DNA of 64,000 nt from Candidatus Oxydemutator sp. Lineage in GTDB: Bacteria > Pseudomonadota > Gammaproteobacteria > Poriferisulfidales > Oxydemutatoraceae. Each line of letters starts with the position of its first letter. Position 1 is the stretch's first letter. Shown in pieces: positions 15,001-21,140 of this stretch. The stretch is from NCBI GenBank assembly GCA_965203445.1, contig OZ241883.1, positions 1,696,001 through 1,760,000 on the forward strand. The letters are read 5' to 3'. The position numbers and the translations under genes are program-made. The notes beneath the pieces were generated by a model that did not search any database, was not told the origin of the DNA, and saw only the letters and a program-made list of their open reading frames with translations.

Positions 15001-16808
15001 TGTCGCTGCTGCTGGGGCCGATGGCGCTGACCCAGGACGGCGCGCCGCGCACCGTACTGCACAGCGGCGGCTACGGCTACCGCCTCGAGCTGCCGGTCAG
15101 CAACCCGGCGTCGCGCGCGACGATGAGCGACGTCCACACGGTCATAGCGGGCGGCGACGTGGCGTTGCGGGTTATGCGCGACGCCGCCGGTGTTTCCGGC
15201 AGGGTCGCCAGCAGGGACGAGTTTGAGATCAAGGGCGACGCCCACGAGCGCGTCGCCACGGCCGAGTTCCTGGTCGGTTTTTCCGACGTCCGCCCAGACT
15301 TCGAGGAGTTCGCCGCACCGGCGCGCTACAGTTGGCCGGTGATCGCGCCGCGCGACGCCGACGCCGACGGCGTCCCGGACGATCAGGACGACTACGCGGG
15401 CGCGTCGCTGCTGCCGGTGCGCGTTGCACGCACCACGGACATCGAGACCTGGCACCACCTGCGCACGGTGCTGCCGACGCATCGCCTGCATACCGGGGCC
15501 GCCACGCGCGAGCGCGTGCGTGCGCGCGCCCGCGCCGGCCAAGCCGTGGCCTACGCCGACTATCTGGCGACGTTGGACGCCGCCGACGACGCCCTCTACG
15601 CCGAATACCCGGTGGTCTATGACTTTGAGATCTACGGCGTCGCGCCGGCGACGTTCACCGCCGCCGGGCGCACCGTCGGCGGCGCCGCCGGCGTGATCGT
15701 GCCGCTGCCGGAGACGGTGCGCGCGATGGTCGGGCGCGGGCTGGTGCCGAGCAAACTGTCTCCGGCCGGCGACCGGAGAAGTTTCGACGTCGCCGGCGAA
15801 AACGGCTTCGGCTTCGCGCCGCTGGACGACCAGGCGCAGTGCCCCGACGACGTCGCGGGCGCCGGCTACCGCAATGACGACGGCAGCCTCGAGAACCGGC
15901 CGTCCGACCCGCGCGACGCCTGTCTGCTGATGTGGATCGTGGACGGCGGCGCCAACGACGCCGACGGCGTCGCCGACGGCGTAATCCGCGATCCGACCGT
16001 GGTCGCCCAACCGGTGGTGATGATGCCGCCGCCGGCGGCGCCGACCGGCTTGGCCGCCGCCACCGCCAGCGAAAGCGTGACCCTGACGTGGAACGACCCG
16101 GGCGATGACGCGATCATGGAATATCAATACTGCGTCCGCGCCGCCGGCGCCGGCGTCTGCGCCGATGCCGACTGGGTGACGATCACGGGCAGCGACGCCG
16201 ACACCGTGCGCTACACGGTTACCAATCTGATGAACGGCACGCGCTATACCTTCGAGTTGCGCGCGGTCAACGCCGGCGGCCCCGGCGCCGCCGCCAACGT
16301 GGACGCGACGCCGATGGCGCCGAGCATGCCGCTGGCGCGGCCCGCGGCGCCGATTGGCTTGGCAGTGATCACCACCCCCGGCGTGCCCCGCGCGACCCTT
16401 GTATGGGAAAACCCGGGCGATCCGACGATCTCGTCCTATCGATACAGCGTCAACGGCGGAAGCACCTGGATCTCGATACCGAACAGCAGCTCCGCCACGG
16501 TGGGCTACACGGTGACGGGCCTGACGCTCGGCGAGACCTATGACTTCCGTCTGCACGCGGGCAACGCCGCTGGCTTCGGCACCGCCTCCCCGGACCCGAT
16601 GAACTCGATAATGAGAATGCTCATGACCTCCGACTCGACCGATCGGACCGATCCGCCTGGCCCGCCCGGCCCCCCGCCGCCCGCACAACCCGCGCGCACC
16701 TCCAGCCACGGCGGCGCCTTCGGGCCGGGTGGCCTGCTGTTCCTGCTGCTGACGCTGACAACCCTGCTGCTACGCCGCCGCGCCCATACCCCCTGTCCCA
16801 AAGGGTGA
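1..16808 (+). CDS. Giant multidomain surface adhesin (Ig-like/He_PIG-type, Calx-beta-like, GLUG-like, FN3 repeats; GlyGly-CTERM-like anchor); 5' end lies upstream of the window
   Basis: Frame is open from the window start (PEDGGGTLIGM) to TGA at 16808. Contains repeated 'LPxGLxF/Y...GTP...YTLTATD.DGD', 'V.EG...DD...E..E.F' (Calx-beta-like) and 'P.AP.GL...VTLTW...Y.FELRAVN' (FN3) motifs. Ends in a Pro linker + SSHGGAFG + hydrophobic helix + RRR. Confidence 0.9.
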   Translation, partial: PEDGGGTLIGMPGSGDADAELTLVATDADGDDANLEVRAVVGGADGVPRFAVASSDVRVTAGETFRTPLPVAAGGDGAIRYLSEPPPPLLDGVTLLLPSVLLPGHAEGAVLEGSAPFADVTRSFVLVARDVDGEEARLAVRLIVTGQMPPTFADASVAAAWAVTTRADAVRLHLPAATPPAGATAADLDYALAPPLPSSLTYSAPAGAITGGGVITGVPRDGVATTYTLTATDRRSGLAAGLPVRLTISDKAPTFGDVVLGPFRWMDGVALGSASYDVSNRMLRLPRAVGGDGMLRYRLEPKFFSCCDDFSDDPTPYVGSYRLGAVTGVFDGVSLGVHEITWSATDEDGDTATLRFTAEVVDRISSGAGGLDLVTGRFAWGSSVNRRLGGTANNTFRSVRIDGLPLGLRIESPPPHLVPTQGVGTVVGRALSVLGEPPDGNTQLNIIVDTSFAAANIPWYVGVAPPATPGIVAASTETIVLYADEAVAPRPTLAWVAGRTTDTDAGLQIALSPLPQGVSRTAARTGTHTGGRDGEDGVSHVIELFGTPARAANTASYTLTVTDQAGNYATQSFALVVRGERPKVNTLTVTSVAADGEAYRAGERVTLRLGFDRAVVVETARGAPRLVLDVGGSARTAPLSARARADADVLHFEYEVNALDSDADGLSVSALDLNGARITAVADGADGADARTALGAFARRALGQPLIGGSDQPVRWRPDTIVARYRVGEAFSLALPAPASGNASFSYSFGGVAPFAFEQPPALPPGLRWQPPPAMGPLGAGGAGGTIAGTPSASTPSTLYRLTATDEDGDVGFLDVRLTPAAPSFGDAMLATQTLVVGSRAGLPLALPAADGDPVYTLAPALPAGLAFDAAMRLIFSAAGPTTPTSVTRYTLTASGAGGVGELHFGLEVATDTAPILVGGIAGEQQLFDDVPANLRLAAAAAGNPPYAYSLRPQLLPDGLSLDVAGRGACADARTICGTAAVAVELARYTWRAADFDGDAAARAFAITVLGKPPRPSGLVKAEANRSFSVRWDAGIADITRYEYRVVTNGVVINARWLTVDGGGDAREVVITEPAGGGRLANGQSYLFQLRAVNSYDFSDPAQLIVTPAAPPTFEGVEPVVVTLMLGEPMETLVLPSARGGALPLRCDLSPVPPGLEYARPSVFDAHCGLLEGTPREAGVFDAVLTATANDGERASTGVRVTVVSDHDADRNGLIEIENLDQLNAIRWDLDGDGVPDAGLSENDVAAYEAAFARSSTQTRCALSQCAGYELVRDLDFDTDGDGSFWSVVGVGPVTQQLQLDSDDSYGAGFAPIGRGQMFFSATFRGNGHTISNLGIRGFATGGTALFAGLAAGGRIEGLGVLNAAIDTNSAGALLVGTSRGTIAASFARRHGYLFCSSVCGGIAALNYGTIVASYSDSDAANRQSNYAGLAGFNGGTIRASYALISGGGDAVRGLVRFLESTATAADAEFSYYRGEFISAGGTRKTTAELQAPVGYTGIYADWNVDTDGDGVPDNPWYFGSSDEYPQLRLFAPEFAVAGPVAVREDAAAARFWITYNGAEPLARGRRVGVAARAITGTAVSPARAGVDFTARAGEVAFFRGSARGTTRAFAVAVADNAKVRVPGDPLRFAVVVGDGAASSRTTAIADDDTLTIRPQRSAYTFEEYAGDENVCLTPRIPAAGTPCGRNAGRREVCFTHQEIDPPGGITLNPVFTYSEGDAPDARLNHDRDCLLFEGSRIGGTSRCDVSAGGTNYRLNPNPRLILNPGLNSAFAANRGLSGGFHARGDELALTCVDLAITDDRDYEMLVESAFLTLSSAITRTDSGANLISSVSSAEISIRDNENILSIAQIGGSGTIREGETARYRLTLARPVRTNSAPVAIPWRVAPATAGAAASAADFAGGVLPQGRAVIERGAQDVIFEVTPIQDGMPEVAEAYRITTQTGVTITAGFGSNSVLDTGGISTQTTILVNDAHIQIAATTADDDSGLVREGQRLTVLVRSSVFVNGNVQCRVAPDESRPSAARTAADDFAATTTTAVFPNQTDAICDFDVARDDAGTLAEGLEHFLLIIEADPSSPIANASYGAPRALRIAPDPMAVPITVSGPPSAVVEGADAVFLITLQGTVTSRTEVVYALEDASATGGRDANAPGADFYPSGQRRVMLAPGTDPSAEIAVATIADGVAEGVESFRLRVVSAATNGFNEFGVGYRATVFARDATATAAVALISDGMVSITRVGSGDVIEGERVAFDLTLNRALPAPLAVRTRVTRLPDGAAAAADVTDATLSTFHPGAPLVQRITLATVDDGDAEGRERFRVAITPPEVGGGGYADFAIATSTLARGRVNLACDETVVEGDDFACRVRVGAPAGAPADVDVTIAVGAPGDAATRAEDYVPPAAACAAGVCAVTIAAGTDTAALTFATRGDDGLEADEQATVSLAAVRGGGDLAPTLPRAGSDARESVVRIVDDGKIAGLVGIAGFVDADGAALPAETLADGVRATFAEGARVAVRVAFDGVIPQGVMVPFDYRVGAAGDSAGRDDYAPSAPALRRASLTGPVTDTVIALSLADDDFAESAETLTIELVATAGDLSSLAVRASSRRAVVVIAAGDAAGARTLRLSRDAAVRVSETLTYYPTSTARTRAITRDAVVTRDVALTPASPTVDVFEGERLAFYVTVGGAPPGEALEVHWSVRAAGGRAFADAADFDFADANADGDYDPLTGVLRVPRHRIGQRLPLVVPVAADAVAEDSEAFEVAVSLRDPDSGDDFATSFSARIAPSAALRVGVDGPAEIDEGATATYVLTNLSGTDAARDLSWSINGVGEGDVSVCAPEAAGFGQGACTRMATAAATTSTDVANMTTNDFSDNVGTVQLPPAVGATATISVRAVADGNYEDFERYRFVLTADNVVVADLPGVIRPARLLYLQSFGVGSTDDTGVGARRIGRAAEGGANALLLSTDTAVAVAYGADYDAPLPRSRNPCDSASGADFGAATSATVNQNLLLFRAVTDDDSRGVAACSDGAPEGNPEYFALYVRPSPTLTDAHPYIVNLNVARNELFAHRPVTGGAVISGEIAERDYGAVALRADAAAAVEEGGAAAFTVTYRGPAQTWPVRVPWRVAAAAADAAEPTAHADDFPLANAERALVRIDDGVERGDPLFPSGVVTFAAGTADGTTATVVVRVRDDREREPRERFSVVLGAPTVPETTTAPAPIVTRGYGRAVAVIAASDDPAFALDSIVGNEVREGATLTVVVRAAAAANAARDLRCAITQPDDPSAQSAGAARTAAVASDFDATEVEVRLAPGARTATCEFPVRDDTETEGYEYFGVALTVDGVDVGAHREFRVAPSDASVTVSGPRTAPEGTTRTYTVVRRGAAGVASRLSWRTTGTSAGFAAADLQSGFQSGVVTLPASPAALTSATFQVKVVDDTAAEVAERFAIVLAVVAGDARLGEGSSLTVVIPASDVVIEPLALRFDASSYTVVEDTGDLAFELIDSRSFRPPASATLTFEFSAAHNTSDVSSVVIGGERRRYPAAGAAVAVGFDLDGATRTRVTVDIRADTIAEENESFLLRVTDAGGAEMDTATVTIVDDETVVMGFTFEDTIAETRVNFSVCAVVLRPLSTQLLERRLNFAFALEEELVAPLDPGEYNFPVGQDVGPFFQMTRRQCFAVEFGGDDDVVEGTEYYIPSLTGVGGGSLPERVTLTRTRYAVTSEDLPLMAFDPTTYTIAEGDVAQVCAQAVGPTDPALIDQTPPWDFRFELTDTLGLLRPAMAEFGPYAGVTSASCVDMHVSSLGGSVATTRVATLGLQDTTARATVVIPPTPLVTIEALPSVGESVGGIVDEGGVLRFRAVKTRATNEPVTVAWRISADANVETAGSVLAQPADLVGYDALPAIGTVVIAAGTTKSEVILIRTANVAGERPTRTFVVTLFSLVGVGGRLGTPDALEATATIRAAGDAPTWRLALEPVGGDDLTLDEQAAAAAQFRVVLRRVSGSGALASDLGFAVSIEADAGSANPIEADDLASSSALSGTFNANQSSGSVITFSLTANDDDLNEGAEGFLIRLNSTDTRVVTTATLGGTIAPDADDAVHVSLALATTRNVAEPGRALVTTMTWGGATLSEDLVLPFVTTAGDPYFNPSDDYRIVVPAASDGYRVRGGALVVSPGAVTSSAVLFEARDDVYNESTESAVFGWRVPRFESAGAVTATVTAPPSGGGEVTVWIAQNDRVVYSLGAFSRAVVAKGGELQARLGVDKVNVDYTAPATRTLVLSGPFFETVTRTVVNEPPDSTRPRDIYISFPDDGLETPQTEVTLTLHDAVGGRPGGGGVAIDPARSAATVIQLAGEAVAASLSGPAEVREGATATYTLSLSRAWTHPTTVEYRITTAAVAGAAATPRDLRGVAAFPTTASAVIPAARTTVPILIHALDDGLFEGREHFVLELLSARDTRGNDWPLSDARRTVAIAASDPPRAGFEASRYVVRNGSTLTACVSVDVASVRGGGDFSLTVTSADGVGADGAVAGADYVALSGAPLGPFSATTPRHCVRVPITRDGAEIERNEEFTLTLAAATTNVELTRAEATVEIRATDRVPPYFIYSGRDAIAYAGGQSRLWLPLNEPVKILGRGEAMAAATASGLGRDARLGGFVVLRRLLGTFDACAVDAMATTIAVTRAYYEAVTPSVVLELARPIPYTDDRLWASYCYQSGPGIYDLAVESGMADPEIGRNQLTRSLGMMEYDPIKDSDGDGLPDALEARLGGDPLSPAGAPDDVPRVTLTRGVADTALIAYAGIREHGARRHLGVEVSAAGGYTLRAYYLSDTFGYTGDAAYGCRGRFPSNYAAPLAAGGCAEVDFANIPAGVDHVIGWFAAGPSGYWFAAPTASGLPQQTIRRVPELNVASRLAYLARAGAAGGEGVVLEVNQDVAPTVPLQLLLEVRTATDVETRRVPLPTVRGRVAVVTATAAGTYGIAGVASGTANLLWHPARGVAALAETSYSLGVATRTRVSLLPDVSLLLGPMALTQDGAPRTVLHSGGYGYRLELPVSNPASRATMSDVHTVIAGGDVALRVMRDAAGVSGRVASRDEFEIKGDAHERVATAEFLVGFSDVRPDFEEFAAPARYSWPVIAPRDADADGVPDDQDDYAGASLLPVRVARTTDIETWHHLRTVLPTHRLHTGAATRERVRARARAGQAVAYADYLATLDAADDALYAEYPVVYDFEIYGVAPATFTAAGRTVGGAAGVIVPLPETVRAMVGRGLVPSKLSPAGDRRSFDVAGENGFGFAPLDDQAQCPDDVAGAGYRNDDGSLENRPSDPRDACLLMWIVDGGANDADGVADGVIRDPTVVAQPVVMMPPPAAPTGLAAATASESVTLTWNDPGDDAIMEYQYCVRAAGAGVCADADWVTITGSDADTVRYTVTNLMNGTRYTFELRAVNAGGPGAAANVDATPMAPSMPLARPAAPIGLAVITTPGVPRATLVWENPGDPTISSYRYSVNGGSTWISIPNSSSATVGYTVTGLTLGETYDFRLHAGNAAGFGTASPDPMNSIMRMLMTSDSTDRTDPPGPPGPPPPAQPARTSSHGGAFGPGGLLFLLLTLTTLLLRRRAHTPCPKG

Positions 16809-16849
16809 GGGGGTACGGGTACCCTTTTTCACTCTTCTCTGAGAGAGGG
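16787..16849. repeat. Two REP-like hairpins (CCCTCTCCC-N-GGGAGAGGG type)
   Basis: TACCCCCTGTCCCAAAGGGTGAGGGGGTA (contains the adhesin stop codon) and CTCTTCTCTGAGAGAGGG. Confidence 0.55.
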
Positions 16850-17036
16850 CTGACGCTGCCGGGCTTTCCCTCCCCAATCATTCTCCCGTAACGCGATGGG
16901 GGTTTCGCTTCTTAGGAATGCCGTTCGTCGGAAAAGTCATTCGTCGGCTATATGACACCGTTTGTCTGCCGCGTTCCATGCTATATTGCGACGCGTGTTA
17001 CACCGTTTCTTTTCCATGCAAACTGGAGGAACGGAA

Positions 17037-17600
17037 ATGCATCAGACAACCAACGTGATAGACAGCGTCCATAACCTGGAGAACGCCGATATGAACCGGG
17101 AGCAGGCCGAGGCCCTGACAAAACTGGTGCGCGATTCGGTTGCCGAGGGCGTCCAGCATCTGGCGACCAAGGCCGAAGTTGCCGCGCAGCTTATGGCGAT
17201 CAAGGCCGAATTGGCCGATCTCAGGGTGCACGTTGACGCGCAGCTTCTGGCGACCAAAGCCGAAGTTGCCGCGCAGCTTATGGCGATCAAGGCTGAGCTG
17301 ATCGATCTCAGGCAGCATATGGCGACCAAGGCCGAGCTGGCCGAACTGAGAGAGCAGGTTTTGGAGCTCAGGGAACAGGTTTTGGAGGTCAGGGAGCAGG
17401 TTTCGGAGATCAAGGCCGGATTGGTCGAACTCAAAGCTTCCCACGAAGCGCAGGTGGCGCATAGCGACGCGCAGATAGCGCTTCTCAGGGGCGAGATTAC
17501 CGAGAAGCTGGGCGCGAACCTGAAGTACATGGCGCTCTCCATAGGTTTTTCGACGGTCGCGATCATCGCGGCGCTGTTTGCCGTGCCCACCGTCGGCTGA
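17037..17600 (+). CDS. DUF1640/CCDC90-like membrane-anchored coiled-coil protein, copy 1
   Basis: GGAGGA RBS then ATG. Head 'LENADMNREQAEALTKLVRD', LATKAE/MATKAE motifs, heptad stalk, C-terminal TM helix. Confidence 0.8.
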   Translation: MHQTTNVIDSVHNLENADMNREQAEALTKLVRDSVAEGVQHLATKAEVAAQLMAIKAELADLRVHVDAQLLATKAEVAAQLMAIKAELIDLRQHMATKAELAELREQVLELREQVLEVREQVSEIKAGLVELKASHEAQVAHSDAQIALLRGEITEKLGANLKYMALSIGFSTVAIIAALFAVPTVG

Positions 17601-17635
17601 AGGCAGGGGAAGGCAAGGCCACCCGGCCCGTGGCC

Positions 17636-17658
17636 ACCCTCTCCTGAAGGGAGAGGGT
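17636..17658. repeat. REP-like hairpin
   Basis: ACCCTCTCC-TGAA-GGGAGAGGGT between the duplicated units. Confidence 0.65.
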
Positions 17659-17819
17659 TGCTTTATTGGCCTTCTCCCATCACGCGATGGGGCTTTCAGG
17701 AATGCCGTTCGTCGGAAAAGTCATTCGTCGGCCATATGACACCGTTTGTCCGGCACGTTCCATGCTATATTGCGACGCGTGTTACACCGTTCCTTTCCAT
17801 GCAAACTGGAGGAGCGGAA

Positions 17820-18353
17820 ATGCATCAGACAACCAACATGATAGACAGCGTCCACAACCTGGAGAACGCCGGTATAAACCGAAAGCAGGCCGAGGCCCTG
17901 ACAAAACTGGTGCGCGATTCGGTTGCCGAGGGCGTCCAGCATCTGGCGACCAAGGCCGAAGTCGCCGCGCAGCTTATGGCGATCAAGGCCGAATTGGCCG
18001 ATCTCAGGGCGCACGTTGACGCGCAGCTTCTGGCGACCAAGGCTGAGCTGGTCGCTCTCAGGCAGCATATGGCGACCAAGGCCGAGCTGGCCGAACTGAG
18101 AGAGCAGGTTTTGGAGCTCAGGGAACAGGTTTTGGAGCTCAGGGAGCAGGTTTCGGAGATCAAGGCCGGATTGGTCGAACTCAAAGCTTCCCACGAAGCG
18201 CAGGTGGCGCATAGCGACGCGCAGATAGCGCTTCTCAGGGGCGAGATTACCGAGAAGCTGGGCGCGAACCTGAAGTACATGGCGCTCTCCATAGGTTTTT
18301 CGACGGTCGCCATCATCGCGGCGCTGTTTGCCGTGCCCACCGTCGGCTCGTGA
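17820..18353 (+). CDS. DUF1640/CCDC90-like membrane-anchored coiled-coil protein, copy 2
   Basis: Near-identical paralog of 17037-17600, lacking one 11-aa repeat. Confidence 0.8.
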   Translation: MHQTTNMIDSVHNLENAGINRKQAEALTKLVRDSVAEGVQHLATKAEVAAQLMAIKAELADLRAHVDAQLLATKAELVALRQHMATKAELAELREQVLELREQVLELREQVSEIKAGLVELKASHEAQVAHSDAQIALLRGEITEKLGANLKYMALSIGFSTVAIIAALFAVPTVGS

Positions 18354-18472
18354 CCTGTCCCCGATAATCAGGGTCGCGCCTACTACAACCACGTCAGGGC
18401 GCGTAGTTCTCCGGGTTATGTCGCGTCAGCCGCATTCCTGGGGAAGGCGACACCGTGGGGTTTGTAGCGCGT

Positions 18473-20125
18473 CTATCGCCTGCGGGGATTAGGCCCCGCC
18501 TGGCCCGGTATTTTCAGCGGCGCGAAAAAGGCCTCGAACCATTGCGGCGGCGCTCCCGTCTCCAGGGTCGCCGCCATCGCTTCGGCGACCTTTTGCGCGG
18601 GTATCGAATCGAACAGATCGGGGGTCGGAACCCAGGCGCCGTTCAGATCGTTGGGTTCGAACTTGTCGAGCGAATCGCCGTATTTGCGCATCGAAAGCGA
18701 GACGATGTCTCTGCCCGTTTGCGATGCAAGATAAAGGAAAAGACGCTCGACGTAGCGGCGCCCGAACCCGTTCGGCTGAAAGCCGTGGAAGCAGGTCAGG
18801 TTCAGCGCGTCGCTGCGGTTGAGGACGACTTTGTATCCTCCGCGCGAGAACACCCCCAGCAGCAGAGGAGCGGGGCGCCTTTTTTCGGTCTTGTACCAGG
18901 GCTTGCGGCTTTTCGTCAGATAGCGCTTATGGAAGCCGGCGCCTTCCCCGAAGCGGATGTATCTTTCGGCGCCCTCGGCACGTGCGTCGGTGGCGGAAAA
19001 CAGCAGCACCGGTTTGTCCGCTGCATACAGCGCGTCGTAATCGGCGGCGTCGAACACCGGGCCGCGAATCTGCGCACTTCTGGTAATGCACGGAACGCAC
19101 TCGGATTTCCGGTCTATGCCGCCGGCCTTGCCTCCGGCCTCGGCGTCGGACGGGCGCAGCACAAAAAACTCGTTCGCGCCGGTGGCGATGCCTCTGCCGA
19201 ACCTGCCGAACGTGTCGAGGGTCGTGGCGCGCGCCGGATGGATTTGAAATTCCCGCCGCTGAAAGAAGGGCAGCCATTTGGATGCGGGATCCAGTTGGTT
19301 GCAGGGCACCTCCGAAACCGGTTCCATCTTGTCGAACGCCGCGAGTTCGGCGATGGATCGGGCTGCATAAAATTGCACCGAGGCGTGGGTGGCCGCGTTG
19401 TCGTACAGGATGACGCCTACTGATGTGATCGCGTCCGGGAACACGTCCTTTTCGCAGTCGAGGCGGATAACGGCGAACAGATGGCCGGCGGCAAGAAGCC
19501 GCTCTTTCACTATCGTTCCGTAGCCGGTGTTCAGGAACTCAAGCGGCATGATGTAGGCCATCCGTCCGCGCGGCTCCAGTTCCGACAGCGACTTCAGCAG
19601 GAAGGCCGACGCGACGTTGGTATAGCCTGATAGTCTGAGGCCGAGGCGCCGCCGGAATTCGCCGATTACGGCGTTGCGGTCGGGGAAGTTCTGAAAGCGC
19701 ATATAGGGAGGGTTGCAGACGATATTTGCGTGCCGCCGGCCCCACGACAGCAGGTAATTTTCGACGGCGATGAACGCCGTGCTCGCGCCGGTTTCCCGCT
19801 CCCAGAACTCGACGATGGCGGGGTCGACCTCGAGCGCCGAAAACTCGATGCCGGAGTCGCGCGGGATCGCATCGCAAAACGCGCCCAGGCCGAAGGCCGG
19901 ATCGAACAGCGACTTTTGCCCGGAAGCAAGCACCCAACGCACCATGAACCCGGCGACCCCCGGAGGGGTAAAAAACTGCCCGAGCGCTTTGCGGTGGCTT
20001 GCGTCGAGCCGCGACACGTCCGGCGTTCTATGCACCGCGCCGCCGGACGGCGCCGCTTGGCCGGCATTGCGATCCGGGGTGTGGGCAGTGGAAAGGATGG
20101 GCGGGTTCAGGTCGGGAGAAGGCAA
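18473..20125 (-). CDS. N6-adenine DNA methyltransferase (gamma-class, Eco57I/TaqI-like); start uncertain
   Basis: GQFFTP, FDPAFGLGAF (motif I) and NPPY (motif IV) in gamma order, followed by a C-terminal TRD-like region. Confidence 0.85.
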   Translation of the reverse strand: MPSPDLNPPILSTAHTPDRNAGQAAPSGGAVHRTPDVSRLDASHRKALGQFFTPPGVAGFMVRWVLASGQKSLFDPAFGLGAFCDAIPRDSGIEFSALEVDPAIVEFWERETGASTAFIAVENYLLSWGRRHANIVCNPPYMRFQNFPDRNAVIGEFRRRLGLRLSGYTNVASAFLLKSLSELEPRGRMAYIMPLEFLNTGYGTIVKERLLAAGHLFAVIRLDCEKDVFPDAITSVGVILYDNAATHASVQFYAARSIAELAAFDKMEPVSEVPCNQLDPASKWLPFFQRREFQIHPARATTLDTFGRFGRGIATGANEFFVLRPSDAEAGGKAGGIDRKSECVPCITRSAQIRGPVFDAADYDALYAADKPVLLFSATDARAEGAERYIRFGEGAGFHKRYLTKSRKPWYKTEKRRPAPLLLGVFSRGGYKVVLNRSDALNLTCFHGFQPNGFGRRYVERLFLYLASQTGRDIVSLSMRKYGDSLDKFEPNDLNGAWVPTPDLFDSIPAQKVAEAMAATLETGAPPQWFEAFFAPLKIPGQAGPNPRRR

Positions 20126-20376
20126 AGGAGGACTGCTACGAGCAACGCGCTTTGGATGGCGAGAACCCCAAAGAGGGAATTTTGCCCGCTCTCCAGCTTG
20201 GCCAATTTTTCCCTGATGTCGGCGAGTTCGACCTGGAGGGGCGCGAGTTCGGTCCGGAGGATCGGCCGGGTAACCATCTCATTCTTCTGGGCGATGGAGT
20301 CCGCCGCCGCCTTCGCCTGTTCCTCGGTGACGTCGGGGATCCGTCTGAAGATCTGATATAGATCTATCGTGCTCAT
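20107..20376 (-). CDS. Small DUF1640-like coiled-coil membrane protein
   Basis: Head 'TEEQAKAAAD', MVTR neck, heptads, C-terminal TM. TGCTATAAT lies 8 nt before the ATG. Confidence 0.7.
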   Translation of the reverse strand: MSTIDLYQIFRRIPDVTEEQAKAAADSIAQKNEMVTRPILRTELAPLQVELADIREKLAKLESGQNSLFGVLAIQSALLVAVLLCLLPT

Positions 20377-20492
20377 GGGCAAGGATTATAGCAGGCGGGG
20401 CAGGCAGGGACGCCTCCGCACGTCGGCGCGTCAAACCAGAGCACAAATGTCCCGTTGCCGGCAGCGCCCGGCGCTTGTGCTATTCTGCGACG

Positions 20493-21140
20493 ATGACATC
20501 GGCGGAAGTGGATCAAGGCGCGTTTGATTTTCGGCCCGAGAGCAGGTCGCCGCTCGCCGCGCGCGGCGACGCTCCGCCGCAACCGCCCATCCCCGGCCTG
20601 CACTACTTTCCGGCGTTCCTCGACGACCAGCAGCAGAGGAGCGCGATCAGGCAGATAGACCGGTCGGCGTGGCTGACCGATCTGGAGCGGCGCGTGCAGC
20701 ATTACGGATGGCGCTACGACTACCGCGCCCGCACGATAGACCGGAGTATGCGGATCGGGCCGCTGCCCGAGTGGCTGGCGGAGATCGCCGCCTCGCTGCA
20801 TGAGCGCACCGGGCTGTTCGACGGCGTGCCGAACCAGGCCATCGTCAACGAGTACGAACCGGGACAAGGCATTGCGATGCACGCCGACCGGCAATGCTTC
20901 GGCCCGGCCGTCGCCACCGTATCGCTGGGCGACGACTGGACGATGGACTTTCGCGCCGTCGGCGGCAAACAAAAGGCGCAGATGCTGCTTGTGCGCGGCT
21001 CGGCCCTGGTGCTCACCGGAGAAGCCAGAAACCACTGGCTCCACGGCATCGCCAAACGCAAATCCGAAACCACCGCCTCAACCCCAAGACCAAGAACACG
21101 CCGCCTGTCGCTGACCTTCCGAACGGCGGATTTCGCATGA
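20493..21140 (+). CDS. AlkB-family 2OG-Fe(II) dioxygenase
   Basis: RRVQHYGWRYDY, NEYEPGQGIAMHAD (HxD), WLHGI and RLSLTFR motifs. Confidence 0.88.
   Translation: MTSAEVDQGAFDFRPESRSPLAARGDAPPQPPIPGLHYFPAFLDDQQQRSAIRQIDRSAWLTDLERRVQHYGWRYDYRARTIDRSMRIGPLPEWLAEIAASLHERTGLFDGVPNQAIVNEYEPGQGIAMHADRQCFGPAVATVSLGDDWTMDFRAVGGKQKAQMLLVRGSALVLTGEARNHWLHGIAKRKSETTASTPRPRTRRLSLTFRTADFA

Larger units (their letters stand above)
16881..18348 (+). repeat. Tandem duplication, unit about 790 bp (leader/promoter + coiled-coil gene)
   Basis: 16881-17598 and 17672-18348 are near-identical, including about 150 nt of upstream sequence (TGCTATATT, GGAGGA RBS). Confidence 0.92.

Noticed and set aside
16650-16690. 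PPGPPGPPPP as a collagen-like domain
   Set aside because: Too short; it is a proline linker before the anchor.
1113-16709. Long minus-strand ORFs (894, 1338, 929 and 955 aa) opposite the adhesin
   Set aside because: Antisense shadows typical of high-GC coding DNA; Arg/Gly-rich with no recognisable motifs.
17150-18160. Short repeats as a possible CRISPR array
   Set aside because: They are in-frame coiled-coil repeats with no unique spacers and no cas genes.
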